From Marsupella aquatica (taxonomy: Eukaryota > Plantae > Marchantiophyta), in contig OZ316893.1 of assembly GCA_973895155.1 (NCBI GenBank), forward strand, positions 22,727,844 through 22,791,843: a DNA stretch of 64,000 bases, written 5' to 3'. The number at the start of each line of letters is the position of its first letter. Positions within the stretch are counted from its first letter, which is position 1. This document shows positions 1 to 13,136 of the stretch, one piece after another. A model generated the notes under the pieces. That model saw only the letters and a list, made by a program, of their open reading frames with translations, was not told the origin of the DNA and did not search any database. The position numbers and the translations under genes are program-made.

Positions 1-510
1 AAAGTTACCATGGCTGCTTACTTGGCTTTGGCCACCCCAATGCCGAGCGGGATGCCAAGACCCCTTGGGATAATGACACGGCTTGGCTGACTTTTCAACA
101 ACTCTTCACTACCCCTTGCATCTTAGAACCCCATTGGGCCCAAAGTTTTGGCTACCTTAGAGTTCTTACTTAAAGTCGCCGCAATAGCTTAATTGGCATT
201 GGCCGCCCCAATGTCAAGACCCCCTCGAGTAACGGAGCAGCTTGGCTGACTTTTCAACGGCCCTTTCCCTACCCTTGCATATATCTTGGAACACCATCAG
301 TAACCCCAATTTTTTTGGTTACTTTAAGCTTAGTTTGCTTAAAGTTGACCGTGGCCGCTTACTTGGCTGTGGCCGCCCCAATGCCAATTCCCCTTGGGGC
401 AACGGCACGACTCAGCCCACTTTTCAACAAAACAATTTGCCTACCCCTTGCATGGGAACCCCTTTGGTAACCTCATCCAAGTTTACTCGGCTCCTTACTC
501 GCCAATATCA
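1..510. repeat. Degenerate tandem repeat, about 3 x 170 bp
   Basis: Unit AAAGTT..TTGGC..TGGCCRCCCCAATGYC..CTTTTCAAC..CTACCC recurs from about 1, 172 and 341. Confidence 0.6.
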
Positions 511-924
511 TGCCCCCCTGGGGTGGTGGTGTGGTTTGTAACACTTTCCAACATTAGAGGACCTGCCACCCCCGGACCAACTTTAGTCCAGATATTTTGG
601 CCCCCACCCCATGCCTCTTCCTGTGCTAAACAAAGTGGCAAGACATAATTAACAACAACTGAGGGGTTGTTGGGGAGTTGGAACCCGGGGCAAGATTGAG
701 TTAGGTTGGGGATGGGACCTTGGGGTCTCGGGTTTCATTCCACCCCGGGATGTTGGGTCTAGCATTTTTTACAACATTATTTTTTTGTTTTTGGCCAGTG
801 TGACAAATGTCAGCCTCTCAAAGGAAGGAAATGCTAGGAGTATTCTTCAACAATTTTTCTTGAATTATATCTTTTTCATCAGATATCCCTAGATTGACGT
901 ACAACGGTTAGATTTTGGCAAATG

Positions 925-1052
925 GGGTCCATGATTTGGTGGGAGAGTGGCCAATGGTATGAATCTAGCAATTTTTTGGCAAAAGTGACGGAACAAGTGG
1001 TGAACATATTTTGGGGAGGTGGAATTTGGCAAAAGTTTGCACCTAAAAACTA
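925..1052. repeat. Dispersed repeat, probably a DNA transposon end; second copy at about 18030-18150
   Basis: CCATGATTTGGTGG...GCAAAAGTG...TTTTGGGGAG.TGGAATTTGGC.AAA.TT.GCAC.TAAAAA occurs at both places. Confidence 0.45.
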
Positions 1053-1319
1053 CGTTGTTTGGATGAGGCCAGGGCCAGGGTAGTCTCAGGAGTCATCATC
1101 CCTTCCTCTTCACTCTCCCTCATCGCTCTCCCTCTTCTAGCTATTGGGTAATGGGTATTGCTCCTCTTCACACTCCCTCTTCTTGCCATTGGGTAGTTGT
1201 TGTTGCTTAAAAGTACTCATTAAATGCTTGGAGCCCTTATAAGCTCACAAGGCTTGGAATAGAGAGCTCCAAACTCCAAAAGGAAAGAAGCTACGCTCTT
1301 CCCTCTCTCTTAAAAGTTG

Positions 1320-1630
1320 TACTATGATGGTACAATTGTACCTCCTTTTACATGACCTCTATCCCCTTTGTACCTTGTACCTGGGGCTCCTAAGAGTAAT
1401 GAGCTCATATGTTGTACCTGAAGGTACAATAGTACCTGTCTTGTGCATCTTTGTGTACTTATTTTGTGCACACCAAACCCTGTACCAGGTTTTCTCATGT
1501 TCCTTTTTTTTTCCCCTCCCCTTATTGGTTCCATATTTACAGGTTTCAATTATTCTCACCCAAAAGGACACTCCAAATTTGAATGACGACCACGCCATTT
1601 ATTGGCGCAACTGTGTATTATAGTTTAGGA
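1320..1630 (-). mobile_element. Helitron-family 5' end fragment (copy C); left limit uncertain
   Basis: The minus strand reads A|TCCTAAACTATAATACACAGTTGCGCC...GTGGTCGTCATTCAAATTT, the same 5' motif that starts the Helitron at 4295. Confidence 0.55.
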
Positions 1631-1709
1631 TACTCAGAGTCAGATATCTCTAGATTTATGGACTAACCCATATCTCTAGATTTATGGATTAACCCTGGCT
1701 TTCATTATG

Positions 1710-3094
1710 GCACAAAAGATGTCGTGTCGGCCAAGATTTGGTTGAGAAAAAAGATGTTGTGTCGGCCAAGAGGTCATTAAAAAAAAAGATGTTGTGTCAG
1801 CCAAGAGGTCATTGAGAAAAAATATGTTGTGTCGGCCAAGATGTCGCTGAGAAAAAAGATGTCGTGTCTGCCAGGAAGTTGTTGAGAAAAGGATGTCGTG
1901 TCGGCCAAGATGTCCTTGAGGAAAAAGATATTGTGTCGGCCAATATGTTGTTGAAAAAAATATATCGTGTTGCCCAAGACATCATTGAGAAAAAAAATAT
2001 TGTGTCGCCCAAGGTGTTCTTATGAAAAAATGTCGTGTTGCTCAAGATGTTGTGAAGAAAACCCGTTCGTTGCACAAAAGATGTTGTTAAAACAAACCGA
2101 GTTGCCAAAGATGTCGTGAAGTAAAAAGATTTTGTGTCGCCAAAGATGATGCAAAGTAAAAAGATGGCGTTAAAAAAAACACGTGGAGTAAAAAGATGTT
2201 GTTCAGAAAAAAAGGAGTCGTGTCTCCAAAGATGTCATGGAGTAAAAACATATTGTCAAGTAAAAAGATGTCATTATGTGAAAGATATTATTGCCAAGTA
2301 AAAAGATGTCGAGAGCCAAAGATGTTGTTATGTCAAAGATATCATCAAGTAAAAAGAAATTGTGTTGCCAAAGTTGTTGTGAAGTAAAACATATGTCATC
2401 AAGTAAAAGATGTAGTCAAGTAAAAAAATGTTGTGACTCCAAAGATGTTGTCAAGTAAAAAAATGTCATCAGTCATAGATGTTGTGAAGTAAAACATGTC
2501 ATTGCATGACATATTGTTAAGGAAAAGATGTGCAAAAAATGCCAATAAATTTGTTGCTCAAAAGATGTCATTAAGTAAAAAATATCATTGCCCAAAATAT
2601 GTCTAAGTAATAAAAGATATAATTACCCAAAAATTGTTATCTAGTAAAAGATATCATGGGGTAAAAAATGAGTGACAACAACCACAAAGTATTATCAGCT
2701 AAAATTTATTTTTGTTTTAACCCCACCCCTCCCCCCCCCCCCCCCTCTTTTACCGCTTTTGTACTATTTGTTGGTTTTGATATTTTTTATTATAGTATGT
2801 AATATTTGTAATCAATCTTATGACATAGATTATCATGGGGTATAGAACTATACTTAAATGGTACATAAAGTACTATACATAGATGGTCCATAAAGTACTC
2901 ATTATTGTGCATTGTCATTCCTGGCATTCCCCTCTATTTATTGCTTGGAAAACGTGCCACTCTTTACTTTACACCAAATATAATATAATTTTAGTTTATT
3001 CCTTCTCTTGGTCAGCTTCTTTAATTTTTGTGCCCTTCAAATTCAAATGACGACCACGCTATAAAAAGGCGCAACTGTTTATTATAGAAGTTAA
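1710..3094 (-). mobile_element. Non-autonomous Helitron (copy A) with internal minisatellite; 3' end degraded
   Basis: 5' motif TTAACTTCTATAATAAACAGTTGCGCC at 3094 forms an A|T junction with the 1.6-kb element. The AAGATGTYGTG minisatellite at 1716-2670 is inverted relative to 6110-6596. A degenerate 3'-end motif (GTGCAACGAACGGGT) lies at about 2061-2075. Confidence 0.65.
1716..2670. repeat. Minisatellite of 16/32-bp units (AAAAAAGATGTYGTGTCGGCCAAGATGT), decaying rightwards
   Basis: Directly visible array. Confidence 0.9.
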
Positions 3095-6000
3095 TTACAC
3101 TACATATTGGTGAAGGGTTTGCCATTGAGTCAACAATACACGTACCCACCTGTGTAGGTGCATTGCTTCGCGTTTTGTGTAAGGTACATACGTTGCTGGG
3201 GTTCCTACGCTTTGTGTAGGGTAAGCTTTGGTTTCATTGGCCTCTCTCGTCTGCTCAATAGCTCGTAGGGTGTGCTCCCACTTAGGTAACATACATCGGG
3301 CTCCCAGCTTCAGTTAATTAAAGGGAAAACTTTGTAAGATGGGCTTAATTACGGATCTTGCAGCCACTTTCAATCCAGAAGACCTGGCATTTTACTTTTC
3401 GGATCTACCACATAGATGTCTACTTCACGCGCTAGAGGTTGCATGCTGCTATTCCTCTTGTCGTCGATCGAATCACTTTGTCGGATGTTTTGCACTTTGA
3501 ATATCTTCGAGCAATCACCTTGGCCTCAGCCTAGCACATGCATGGGCCCGCTAGGGTGCTCTTGCTTTCTACCTCGCCGCGGTGCATGGGAGACTCGCCT
3601 TACCCATGGGCGGCGAGCTTTTTGATGCGTTGACAGACCAATTTGGCTACTTGGTACGTCCACCGGACCTCCGCTTAGGCTCCGGCCATGTTTGTAAGAA
3701 GAAGTGGGCTCGATCTCTTTCTTTTGCCGTTGCGACACTATCCTAAGTTCTTGGTCTTTTCGACGGCTCCTCGATATAGTTGTGGCCTGAAAATTTTCCT
3801 ACTTCCTACAGCTGAGGAACTCGTTGATAGACTCATAGCTGTGGCGCGATGACCAACCTTTTCATCAACAATCCCGAATTGGGGACCTACCTCTCCTACT
3901 GGTGGTTATTTCTCTAGTAGAGCGCGCTAGTGAAGCAAGCATCATTGAATTGGCAATCGTTTTGCTACATGAATCCGCTTCAAAAGTTAATGTACTTGTA
4001 ATTATAAATCTTTTGACGGGTAAGGAAATTGGAGACTGAAACTTAGCGAGCTTCTACATTTTCGCTTGAGATGCCGACGAAAACTCGCCCTTTCCTCCGG
4101 ACGCGCTTTGGGGATGAATTGACGGAGGCTTCTCCCAGGCAATCAGGTTCGAGTATGTGATCACACACAAGCTGGTCGTATGAAATGAAGAACCCAATTC
4201 TTCTGCCTCTGCTGGGTCTATCCCCGATGATGGGTCTGTCCCTGATGATGGAAGTACGACGAACTACTAGGAAATGTATTCAATAGTAAATCCATCCCAA
4301 ACTATAATACACTGTTGCGCTCTTTTTTGCAGTGGTCGTCATTCAAATTTGCAGGGTCAAAAAAAATTAAAAAAACTTAATCCTAACAAACCAAGGAATC
4401 AGAGCTACAATTAAATTTAGTGTACACCAAAAGTAAATCAAGTGCATTCCAAACAAATGGAGAATCAAATGGGACAATAAAAAAGAGGGAGCCAATGCAC
4501 ATGCACGAGTATCAAGGAAATCACTTATCCATACACAAGAAATACAAAGGTACATTTAATGTATATAATACTTTCTATTATTGCAGGTACTGCAATATTA
4601 TTGTATAATATAATAATGATAATAATTTAATTAAAATATCAAAAGCTATTAAAGACTATAATACAAAGTTGTGCATTGTCTTCTATGGTCATCACTCAAA
4701 ATGGCGGGGCGTTTTGGGTGGAAAAAATTGACACTAAAAAAGTGGAAACTATAAACAGCAAAAAAAACACTGAGTGCACAAAACGTCCCGCGGTGACCCC
4801 GCTTTCTCTCCAGCACCTTGACTCTGTGGCACCCCGACGAGCCCTGACAAGCCCAACCGTGTCGTGGTCTCGCTCCCTCCCCAACAGCCCCGACTACCTT
4901 GCTCCCTCCCCCCATGACCTCGCTCCCTCCCTTGACAAGCCCTGACAAGCCCACCGTCGGCGACCCTCCATCCTTGCCCCAACTCCCGCTCCCTCTCTTG
5001 CCTGCTCCTCGCCTCCGTCTTGCCCCTCCCTCCCTCGCCGCGGCCTTGCCTTGCCTCACCCAAGTCCCTCCTCCTCCAGCCCCGCCCTGCCTTAATGGCG
5101 CTGGAGTGCACACTCAGTAAGGAAGACCATTGGATTTTAAGGTCAGCGGGTACTAAATTTCAGTAGTGGTCAAAGAGTTCTTTACAAGGGGAAGGGTACA
5201 AAAATTGTGAATTGTTGTGATTGAGGTAAGCCCGGAGGTAAGTTGTACAAAACACGGTGTAGAAAAAAATTCAGTCAAACCACAGAACATTTAGACTCTG
5301 TGAACATACATTTTAGAGAGCATTGTTAGCCATAATGCCCCCAAAACAAGGGTTTTAGCGCAAGTTTTGAGAGTTAATATTTCTCATAATCAGGTAATAG
5401 GAAGTTAACACACCTGAAGAGCAAAATATTTTCATTTTCCTCACTTTAGTAAAAGCAGAGGAGAAATAAAAATGTGGCAATCCATATTTTGAATGTGCAT
5501 TTTTTTTATAAATGCCCTGAAATTAATTGTAAAAAGTAAATTCATGAAGGGCTTAAGCTAGGAAAGTGATAAGAGATAGATTATCTTATTTGAAGGCCAT
5601 TGTAAAGGCCTATTTTTCCGCATTTTATGTCTAAGAAAACTATCTATGTGTGCATTGGAGGATATGAACATAGCTCAAAATTTTCACTTTCCATTATGAG
5701 AGCCTTTGTAAATGTTTGCAATTAGAAGAAATTAAGGTCTCATGTTAAAGTTCTGCTTTTGCTTTTTGTTATCTCTATCAAAACATATAATACACTATTG
5801 CACCAGAAAATGGCGTGACCATCATTTGAATTTAACATGATGTTTTGGGTGGGAAGTACCAAAACTGTAAAAAGAAAGGAATAAATCTGGAAAAACTGTC
5901 CTCCACTTCTCTCCCCGCAACCCTCTCCTCTCAGCCCTCAATGCACAGTGGTGCAACCACGTGTCACTCTCCTCCCCCTCCCCGTCGTGCTGCCCTCTTC

Positions 6001-6727
6001 GGTGTGCTCCTCTCTCCCTCCAAACTCCAAGTACTCTAAGGAGGCAAAAATAACAAAACCTCCAACCTTTAACATCTTAGCTCGCATCTTAGGCACCTCA
6101 ACCGAGACCTCAACATCTTTTTACTTTGCGCCACCTTTGACATAACACCATTGTTTTACTTGACAACATCTTTGGCATCATGACATCTTTCTACTTCACG
6201 ACATTTTACATGATACAACATCTTTTGCGTCATGGTATTTTTAAAAATTTCTTGACATCTTTTTACTTCACTACATCTTTGGCACCACGACATCTTTTTA
6301 CTTCACAAACATCTTTGACATAACAACATCTTTGGCGCCATGACATCTTTTTACTCGATGACATTTCTTTACTTGATGATATCTTTCACATAACGACATC
6401 TTTGGTGACAAAACTTCTTTATTCTCAAAAAAAATAATTCTTGGCGACATCTTTTACATAACGACATCTTGGGTTACACAACATCTTTTTTCTTATCAAC
6501 ATCTTCACATAACAACATCTTGGGCAGAACGACTTCTTTTTTCTTATCAACATCTTGACCGACACGACATCTTGGCCGACACGACATCTTTTGTGCAACG
6601 CACGGGTATTGAGCTCGTTAGTGAATAAGAGTGTCTGGTGACTGCCATGTTCAGTTTAAGAGTAAAGTATCTTCGATCTTGTATGTGACAGCCGTGATTT
6701 TCTGCCGACGCACGCACGGAGATCGCC
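3095..6727 (-). mobile_element. Copy 1 of a 1.6-kb non-coding element, truncated on the left and split by the Helitron at 4295-6617
   Basis: 3095-4294 and 6618-6727 are near-identical to 20079-21283 and 21284-21393. Similarity ends at ...GGAGATCGCC in both copies. Confidence 0.85.
4295..6617 (+). mobile_element. Non-autonomous Helitron (copy B), 2.3 kb, composite
   Basis: Starts with TC after A. Ends GTGCAACGCACGGGTATTGAGCTCG|T, resembling a plant Helitron 3' end with CTAG degraded to CTCG. No TSD. The paralogous empty site CCA|TTAGTG is at 21283/21284. Additional 5'-type motifs at about 4650-4702 and 5778-5833; minisatellite at 6110-6596. Confidence 0.85.
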
Positions 6728-7174
6728 AAACTACTTGGGAGAGGGCTACTTGAGTTTGCCCCCAAACTAGCCCTCTCTTGCCATAACTCAAGTTGGAATG
6801 GGGCCAAAAGTATGAAATTTGGGAGGTAGAATCATGCAGCTGCACCTATTTTGCCCCCACCCCAAATTTAACGATGGAAAAAGAAAAATACACCCCACCT
6901 CCAAGCAAATGGTGGGATGGCAGCCATGAAAGTTGCCATTGTGTGTGAGACGGGCAATGGCAGCCCCGACGGTGGCTGGGGAGTCCAAGCAGGGAGAGAA
7001 TCAGGTGGGGATCTTTTACTCTGGTGTCTAATTCTTTTGGCGGACAGCATCCAGGGAAGAGAGTAACCTTACTGCTACTTGAACTGCTGAAGGACCTTGG
7101 ATATGGGACGGGGTCTGTAGCTCTACAGTAGATGCCCGGTCTAGATGACTCTACCACTGCGTCTACCTCCAGCA

Positions 7175-7460
7175 GTACCGGTTACAAGATGGGGATGATA
7201 TTGCTCTGCTTGGAAATCAAATAAAACTAGATACCTGTTACAAGATGGGGATGACATTGCTCTGCTTGGAAATCAAATAAAACTAGGTACCTGTTACAAG
7301 ATGGGGATTACATTGCTCTGCTTGGAAATAAATCAAAACTGAGGTACCGGTTACAAGATGGGGATTACATTGCTCTGCTTGGAACTAAATCAAAACTGAG
7401 GTACCGGTTACAGGATGGGGATTACAGTGCTATGCTTGGAAATCAAATAAAACTGAGGTC
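7175..7460. repeat. Tandem repeat, 5 x about 57 bp (GTACCGGTTACAAGATGGGGATTACATTGCTCTGCTTGGAAATCAAATAAAACTGAG)
   Basis: Directly visible, near-identical units with no unique spacers. Confidence 0.9.
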
Positions 7461-9754
7461 CCGTTTGGCTGAGCAGAAATACCACGTTCGTTCATGTTCG
7501 GCCTTCAGCTTGTCGCTTGTTCATATCAGTGGCTTCCTTCTCGAAAGCCGCTGGATGCAAAGGGATGGTGGATGATTTTTGGGAGGCAAAGTTATAATTG
7601 CTGAGCTCTTAGTTCCTGCAAAGGGGGTAAAAATATTCCGTGACATCCCAAACGAGAGAGACTTGCAGTACTGCTGAAAAGATCCAGATAACAAAGCCTA
7701 CTGTCAGAGAATGTATTTAGATAATGGCTCATTATACACATGGACTCCCACAAAGGGTGAATTTCCTCACCATAGTAAGGTTAGCGTCGGTGTAACTATC
7801 TTTGTCTGATTAGCACTTGATCTTCACTGGATAACGGCTTAGCCATTGTCGAGGCTCAATCTCAAGTATTTAGACTCTTAAGAAAGGAAAGCATTCGGCA
7901 TATATTAGGATCATGAGTCCAATTGTTGTTTACTAAGCAATCCCTATGATATTTGCATCGAGCAATGGTTTTTCTGACCTTTGACATGATTACTTGTCGG
8001 CAGAGGGTGACCGAGGATATTTTTCGAATGTTACAATACCACCCGCTCTCTGTGGCCAACATCGGCATCAGCATTAACAGGAGTAGGGCAATCGATATAA
8101 AACAGTGGGATGTGCACCTGGATGACAATGAGTCTCATAGCCCACCTGCCCACAGACTATAAAGTCTCCCTGGCAGTGAATCGAGTCCCTACCTCCAGGG
8201 GCCTTCGTGATGGCTTTGTTAGAGTGTCAAGACTTGCCTGAATTTCTAGTGAAGTATTTCTAGAGCTTGCGTGAATTGTTAGTGAAGTATTTCTAGAGCT
8301 TTGTTCAGAAGGATAATTCTCTGTTGTAAGTTCATGATCTTCATGAGAAGTGTTTGGAAGACAAGTCCCTGGTCGAATTAATTGGTAATACGAGGAGATA
8401 GTTCAATTCTTCACATTCACAAGTTGAGGTCGTACTACATTCTCGACTACATTAGAGGGAAATAGCAGACGATCACTGCTGATGCGCCACAGATGAAATC
8501 AAGGTGCATGCAAGTGATGCGTTTCCATAGTTACTAGAAATTAATTGCCCAGCCCGCAGATACGCACGTGACGCCCTTCCAGTAGCGCCGGCTTGCCCTC
8601 CTTACACCCTAAACCCTGCCAGTCGCAGGCCACCCTTCATTTCCCAGGCCACCTCTCGCTGTCCTTGAATTGTCCCTCCCGACAGCAAGTGTGCTCGCAA
8701 GTGTGCAGGAATGGGAATGCCGGGATCGATGGACTGGGTGGCGGGAATGGGATTGCATCAGGAGGGGAGCAGGAATCGCGAAGGAAAGGAGGGAAGGGAT
8801 TGCTTGGGCAGAGGATTTCTCGCGCGTAAAAAGAGGAGGGAAGGAAAGGAAAGAGAAAATGGGGCGGGAAAACAGGAAAACAATCGTCCTACACGGTAAT
8901 CGACCAACTCCACATATTTACAGGTGCCTCTCATGTGCAAATGCTCTTGCCGTCTAGATCAACGACTCCTCTTCCCGCGAGCCTTGAAGTGAACCACCAG
9001 AGGGCATCGGTAACAGCTTGAACAGAGATTTCTTAATGTGGCACCAAATATACTTATTTATTAAGTTCAAAGTGTCCTAGTAGGAAATATTATCCTCCGG
9101 GGAAAAAGATCCGCTTATTAGTTTTCTCCAATGCATATCTGGAACTCAATGGAGTAAGAATGAGCACTGTCAACTAAACTTCAGCCGCCAGGGTACATCT
9201 GAGAATAAATGATCGATCACAAGTGCTAACAAACCTTGCGAACCGCACTTCGTGAGGTTGGTTCCACATCCACAATTCCACAGCGACATCTACCTGCCAA
9301 GGAAATAAAGGTGGATCTAGGACCAAGCTCCTGAAACACAATAATTATTCTAATGAATTCTAACCAATAGCCTAACCTTTCATATTAGAGTACTAAGATC
9401 AGGTCTGGAGCTTTATCGACTCTAACGACCAGTATCATTAATCTATTTTATGATACAAAAGCCGAGAGTCATCTACGAAATTAATGGAAGCTGGATGTGA
9501 TAAGGTGAAGTTGTTGAGATACCCCACCATGCTTGGCCATTTTCACTTTATTTAATTTCTGCTGCCACTGACGATGCCAAAGAAACTACTAGTGTCACCG
9601 ATTTCGTCTGCACTGCTCGTGTACAAAGATTGTACTCGAGTGCTTGAACTCCTCTCACATCGAGAGTAAGAATTTATTGATTATCCTATAGAAACTCGTG
9701 CCTAGCCTGGAGTATAACCGGTGTAGAGAGAAATTGTAGACTACGAAGAATCAA

Positions 9755-12268
9755 TCAGGCGATTGATCGACAGTTCGACCTGATGTTTCCTTGTCCCTTG
9801 GTCTTCACTCCAATTTTCCCCATCTTGACGAGGGCCGCTCCAAACTTTCGAAGGAAGTCGGCATTATTTCCGGCATATTCGTTGACAACCGCCTTTGTGG
9901 CCGCGCTGTTCAGCAGCGCGGCATCGGATTGGAAGAGCCCTTTGTTGGCTATCACATCTTTATAGTACCCATTGTCAAACGAAGTAGACGTCAAGGGATC
10001 CATGTTTATAGTCTTCGAGCTGGCGACATTGACTGGGCACTGCTTTTGCAAAGTTTTGGCGTACTGGGAGTTCAGGCTTGGGTCTACTGGGGAGGTGGGG
10101 TTGAAGTTCCGCAGACGACCCGAAAAAGATGAGCAATGGGACTGTCCAATGGTGTGGGCTCCTGCAAATCATACACGCAAACGTTCAACCAAGTCTCAGA
10201 GAAAGCCTCATACCCCAATTATGTCCATCGTCAAAATTGAAGCTTAGCCATACTTTTTCAAAAGCTCGAGTCCTGTAATAATTATGCTCTACATTGGGCC
10301 TGGCGTTGCAACCAAGGATGCAAGAAATAGAGAGCTTATACTATTGACGTATGGCTGCTTGAGTATTTTGTGGATTGTTGAACTGGAAAGAAAAACGTGA
10401 TGAGCGGTACTGGGGACCAATATTGGGATAATGACCTAGAAACGACACTAATGACGTCACTTGTACTTTCCGGTAGTTAGATTCAGAACTTCACCATTCT
10501 CTACTGTTGTAGAGATTGGACCAAGAGTGCTCTGAGCATGACTTCCCTCCGGTAGCGGGACAACCGTGGTCCATAAGTACCATCAAGATCGCTCGCTCAC
10601 GAGACTGGGAAGAAAAGACTATTCGAATTGAACTTTCGAAAACATAACAACGCGTGCAGCACAAAATTGAGATCAACTGGTGGGCAGCAAGTTATTACGT
10701 ACCAGAGAGTGTGACCATATCGTTCACTGAGAGTCCTTTGCTCGCGAAGTTGCTTATGAGTGTGGACACAGGGGAGAATGGGGAGGGAAGGCCGTTAGCT
10801 TCATTCATATTTGAAACCAGCCCATCGAATCGGCCACCTTGCATATCTACAGTCGGTCCTCCTAGCTGCATTCAGAAGCACGATTCCATGAATAGATTAG
10901 TACTGGCCAGAAAATAATGTGGAGAACTTGTTGAATGACAGCCCTTCACGGATCGAAGGTGCACTCCAGGTCAAGTTTTCTTTGAAACAGCGTGCATAGA
11001 TGTCAAGATTCACGGATAGAACTCGCCAACGATCTTTACACTCGACACGCAGGATCGCCGCAGTGATCGACGAGGAGTGCTTAAATATGTGATGTACTTG
11101 CTTGCTATATCTATGGATAGTCAGAACAGCTATTTCCTCTCGTCATACGTACAGACAACCAGACAATTCTCAGAAATTTAGCTGACAGAAATTCACAGAA
11201 CTCCCTAGCTACGATGGAAACGCTGATTCCACGCAGCTAGAGTCTTGGGATCCTTTGCAATTATGGAAGTCCAAGCATTAGACAGAACGACCTCCGAGGA
11301 CAGAACATGTATCTTAATCATATGTAGCCGGGTGATCAAGAGAACCCACCGTGGACAAGCTTGTGGCTGCAGTGAATGCAACGATGTCAGCGCACGAAAC
11401 TGTTTTCGGGCAGAGCTTCTCAATTACTGCCTTAATTTGATCGATGATGTTCAGATCATGAAGACTCTGATTGGGCACGGCATCTTTCTCTGCATTCTTA
11501 GAGGACTTGTCGATCAAAATAGACGCGTCACAGCCCTGCATTCAGGAAATCGCCATTGTCAAACTTAGAAATCGCTCGGTTACAGACACGGACGGCAATG
11601 CCGTATATGATAAGAGTCGGCTGAAATGTGTCAACCCCGTGCATGCACACCATGACCATTCCTGTTGGGGTACATTACCCAGATAAGAACGAGCATCCGA
11701 TGACAGCTAGTCCTTTTCCCCAGTAATTTCTTTGGGCAATTTTGATTCTAAATTTTAGAGACGTACAAGCAAGGTTTGCACATCTCTGGATATCAACCTC
11801 AGATTCGAGCACTACTGACGCCGCCGAAAACAGTACGAAGCAAACTAATGATTGCATTGAAGTGGCACAAATTTCTCGAGAATTCCCTGTGGATTTCCGT
11901 CGCAGTATTATCTCTCGCATATGACATGAACTTTCAAATGAACGACGGCCCTCCTTAATTCGAAAATTTACAAGCTTTGACCTTAGACATGATGGATTAC
12001 TGTGCATAAAAATTCTCATGTAAGGTGCAGCAAACTGTCTGGATGTTCTGGTACTGACCCGAACGAAGCAGTCGTGGAAGAGAAGTCGAATGAACACTGC
12101 GCCTGCACGTGGGTTATTTTTGACGGCGTTCCGCACTATGCTTGCAATCGTCGATTCTGCGTTCGGGCAACTCTTGGCGTAGAAATTTGACTGAAGGGAT
12201 TCCACATGACTTCCGCTCCAAATCACGAGAAGAAGAGTCAGTAAGAAAACTGCACTCGAGCTCGTCAT
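9755..12268 (-). CDS. Class III secretory peroxidase, 321 aa, 4 exons
   Basis: Exons 12268-12059, 11535-11350, 10865-10703 and 10161-9755, all with GT-AG introns, total 966 nt in frame. Signal peptide, FYAKSCP, RLLFHDCFV, GCDASIL, VSCADI, GRFDG, LSGAHTIG, FDNGYY, LFQSDAAL, IRSNC. Confidence 0.96.
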
Positions 12269-12569
12269 CGGTCTGTGAGCAAGGCCACCAACTTTGTGTA
12301 AACTGTGAAGATGTTCCTCAGACAGATCCTTCCCAGCTGCAGCGGAATCGAAGTAACGTCAGCGAGACGCTGAAGTTATTGATTGAAAAGCCTGTACGTA
12401 AAGCTGCAGAATGTAGAGACTGCAGACGTACACGTCCACTTTTCAATTGAATTGAGAAATCTGAATTTGAACTCGATCACCTTGCTCAGTTGTGAAAGGG
12501 CAAGAGTCGAGTGATGTCTCGCGAAAAGTCTGTTGAATCCGCTCCAATCATATGCAGTACGAATGAACA

Positions 12570-12580
12570 AGTTATATAGA
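12570..12580 (-). promoter_or_regulatory. Candidate TATA box for peroxidase 1
   Basis: CTATATAA on the minus strand about 300 bp upstream of the ATG; position is the only support. Confidence 0.3.
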
Positions 12581-13107
12581 ACGCAGTCCAAGTACCGTGA
12601 AGGGACGCTTTACAGTACTATAGTCGTTATGGCATTGTTGGGCTTGTCCACCGCCTGTCACCGACTTTAAATCTTTGAAGCTGTTGCAGAAGGGTGCCGC
12701 GGACCGGCACTGACGGGCCCGAAAGCGCTTTTTTTTTACTACTGCTTGACGGATTCAGGGGCATGGAATGCTGGCATGGAAAACCGGGAGTACTGCCGAC
12801 GACTCTACTACTGCTGAAGTGTCCCAGTGAGGGAGGTCCACTCGGATTATATATCCTGCGAATGCTTAGGCAGGGAGCGAGCAATTCAACACGGGAGACA
12901 AATGTCTTAATGTCAGCGCCCGCCAATTAGTTTAGACTGCTGGCTGGCTGGCGGCGTCGATGGATATCTCACTGCACTGCCTTGTAGAAGCAAATTTGTC
13001 AGCACTGCTAAAAGGTTCGGACATAAATTTGAGGCGCCAGAGCTGGCATTATATACGAGTATCCGGTCTCGAAGTCAGGAGTCCCGACTGAAAAAATGCC
13101 TGAAGAC

Positions 13108-13136
13108 CGGGCAGGGCAGGGCAGGGCAGGGCAGGG
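13108..13136. repeat. (GGGCA)n microsatellite
   Basis: Directly visible. Confidence 0.85.

Noticed and set aside
4649-5120. Gly/Arg-rich and Pro-rich ORFs
   Set aside because: Artefacts of C-rich low-complexity sequence inside a Helitron.
1710-6596. Single Foldback element with minisatellite TIRs
   Set aside because: The empty-site comparison indicates two independent Helitrons in opposite orientation.
7175-7460. CRISPR-like array
   Set aside because: The units are contiguous near-identical repeats with no unique spacers; the context is eukaryotic and there are no cas genes.
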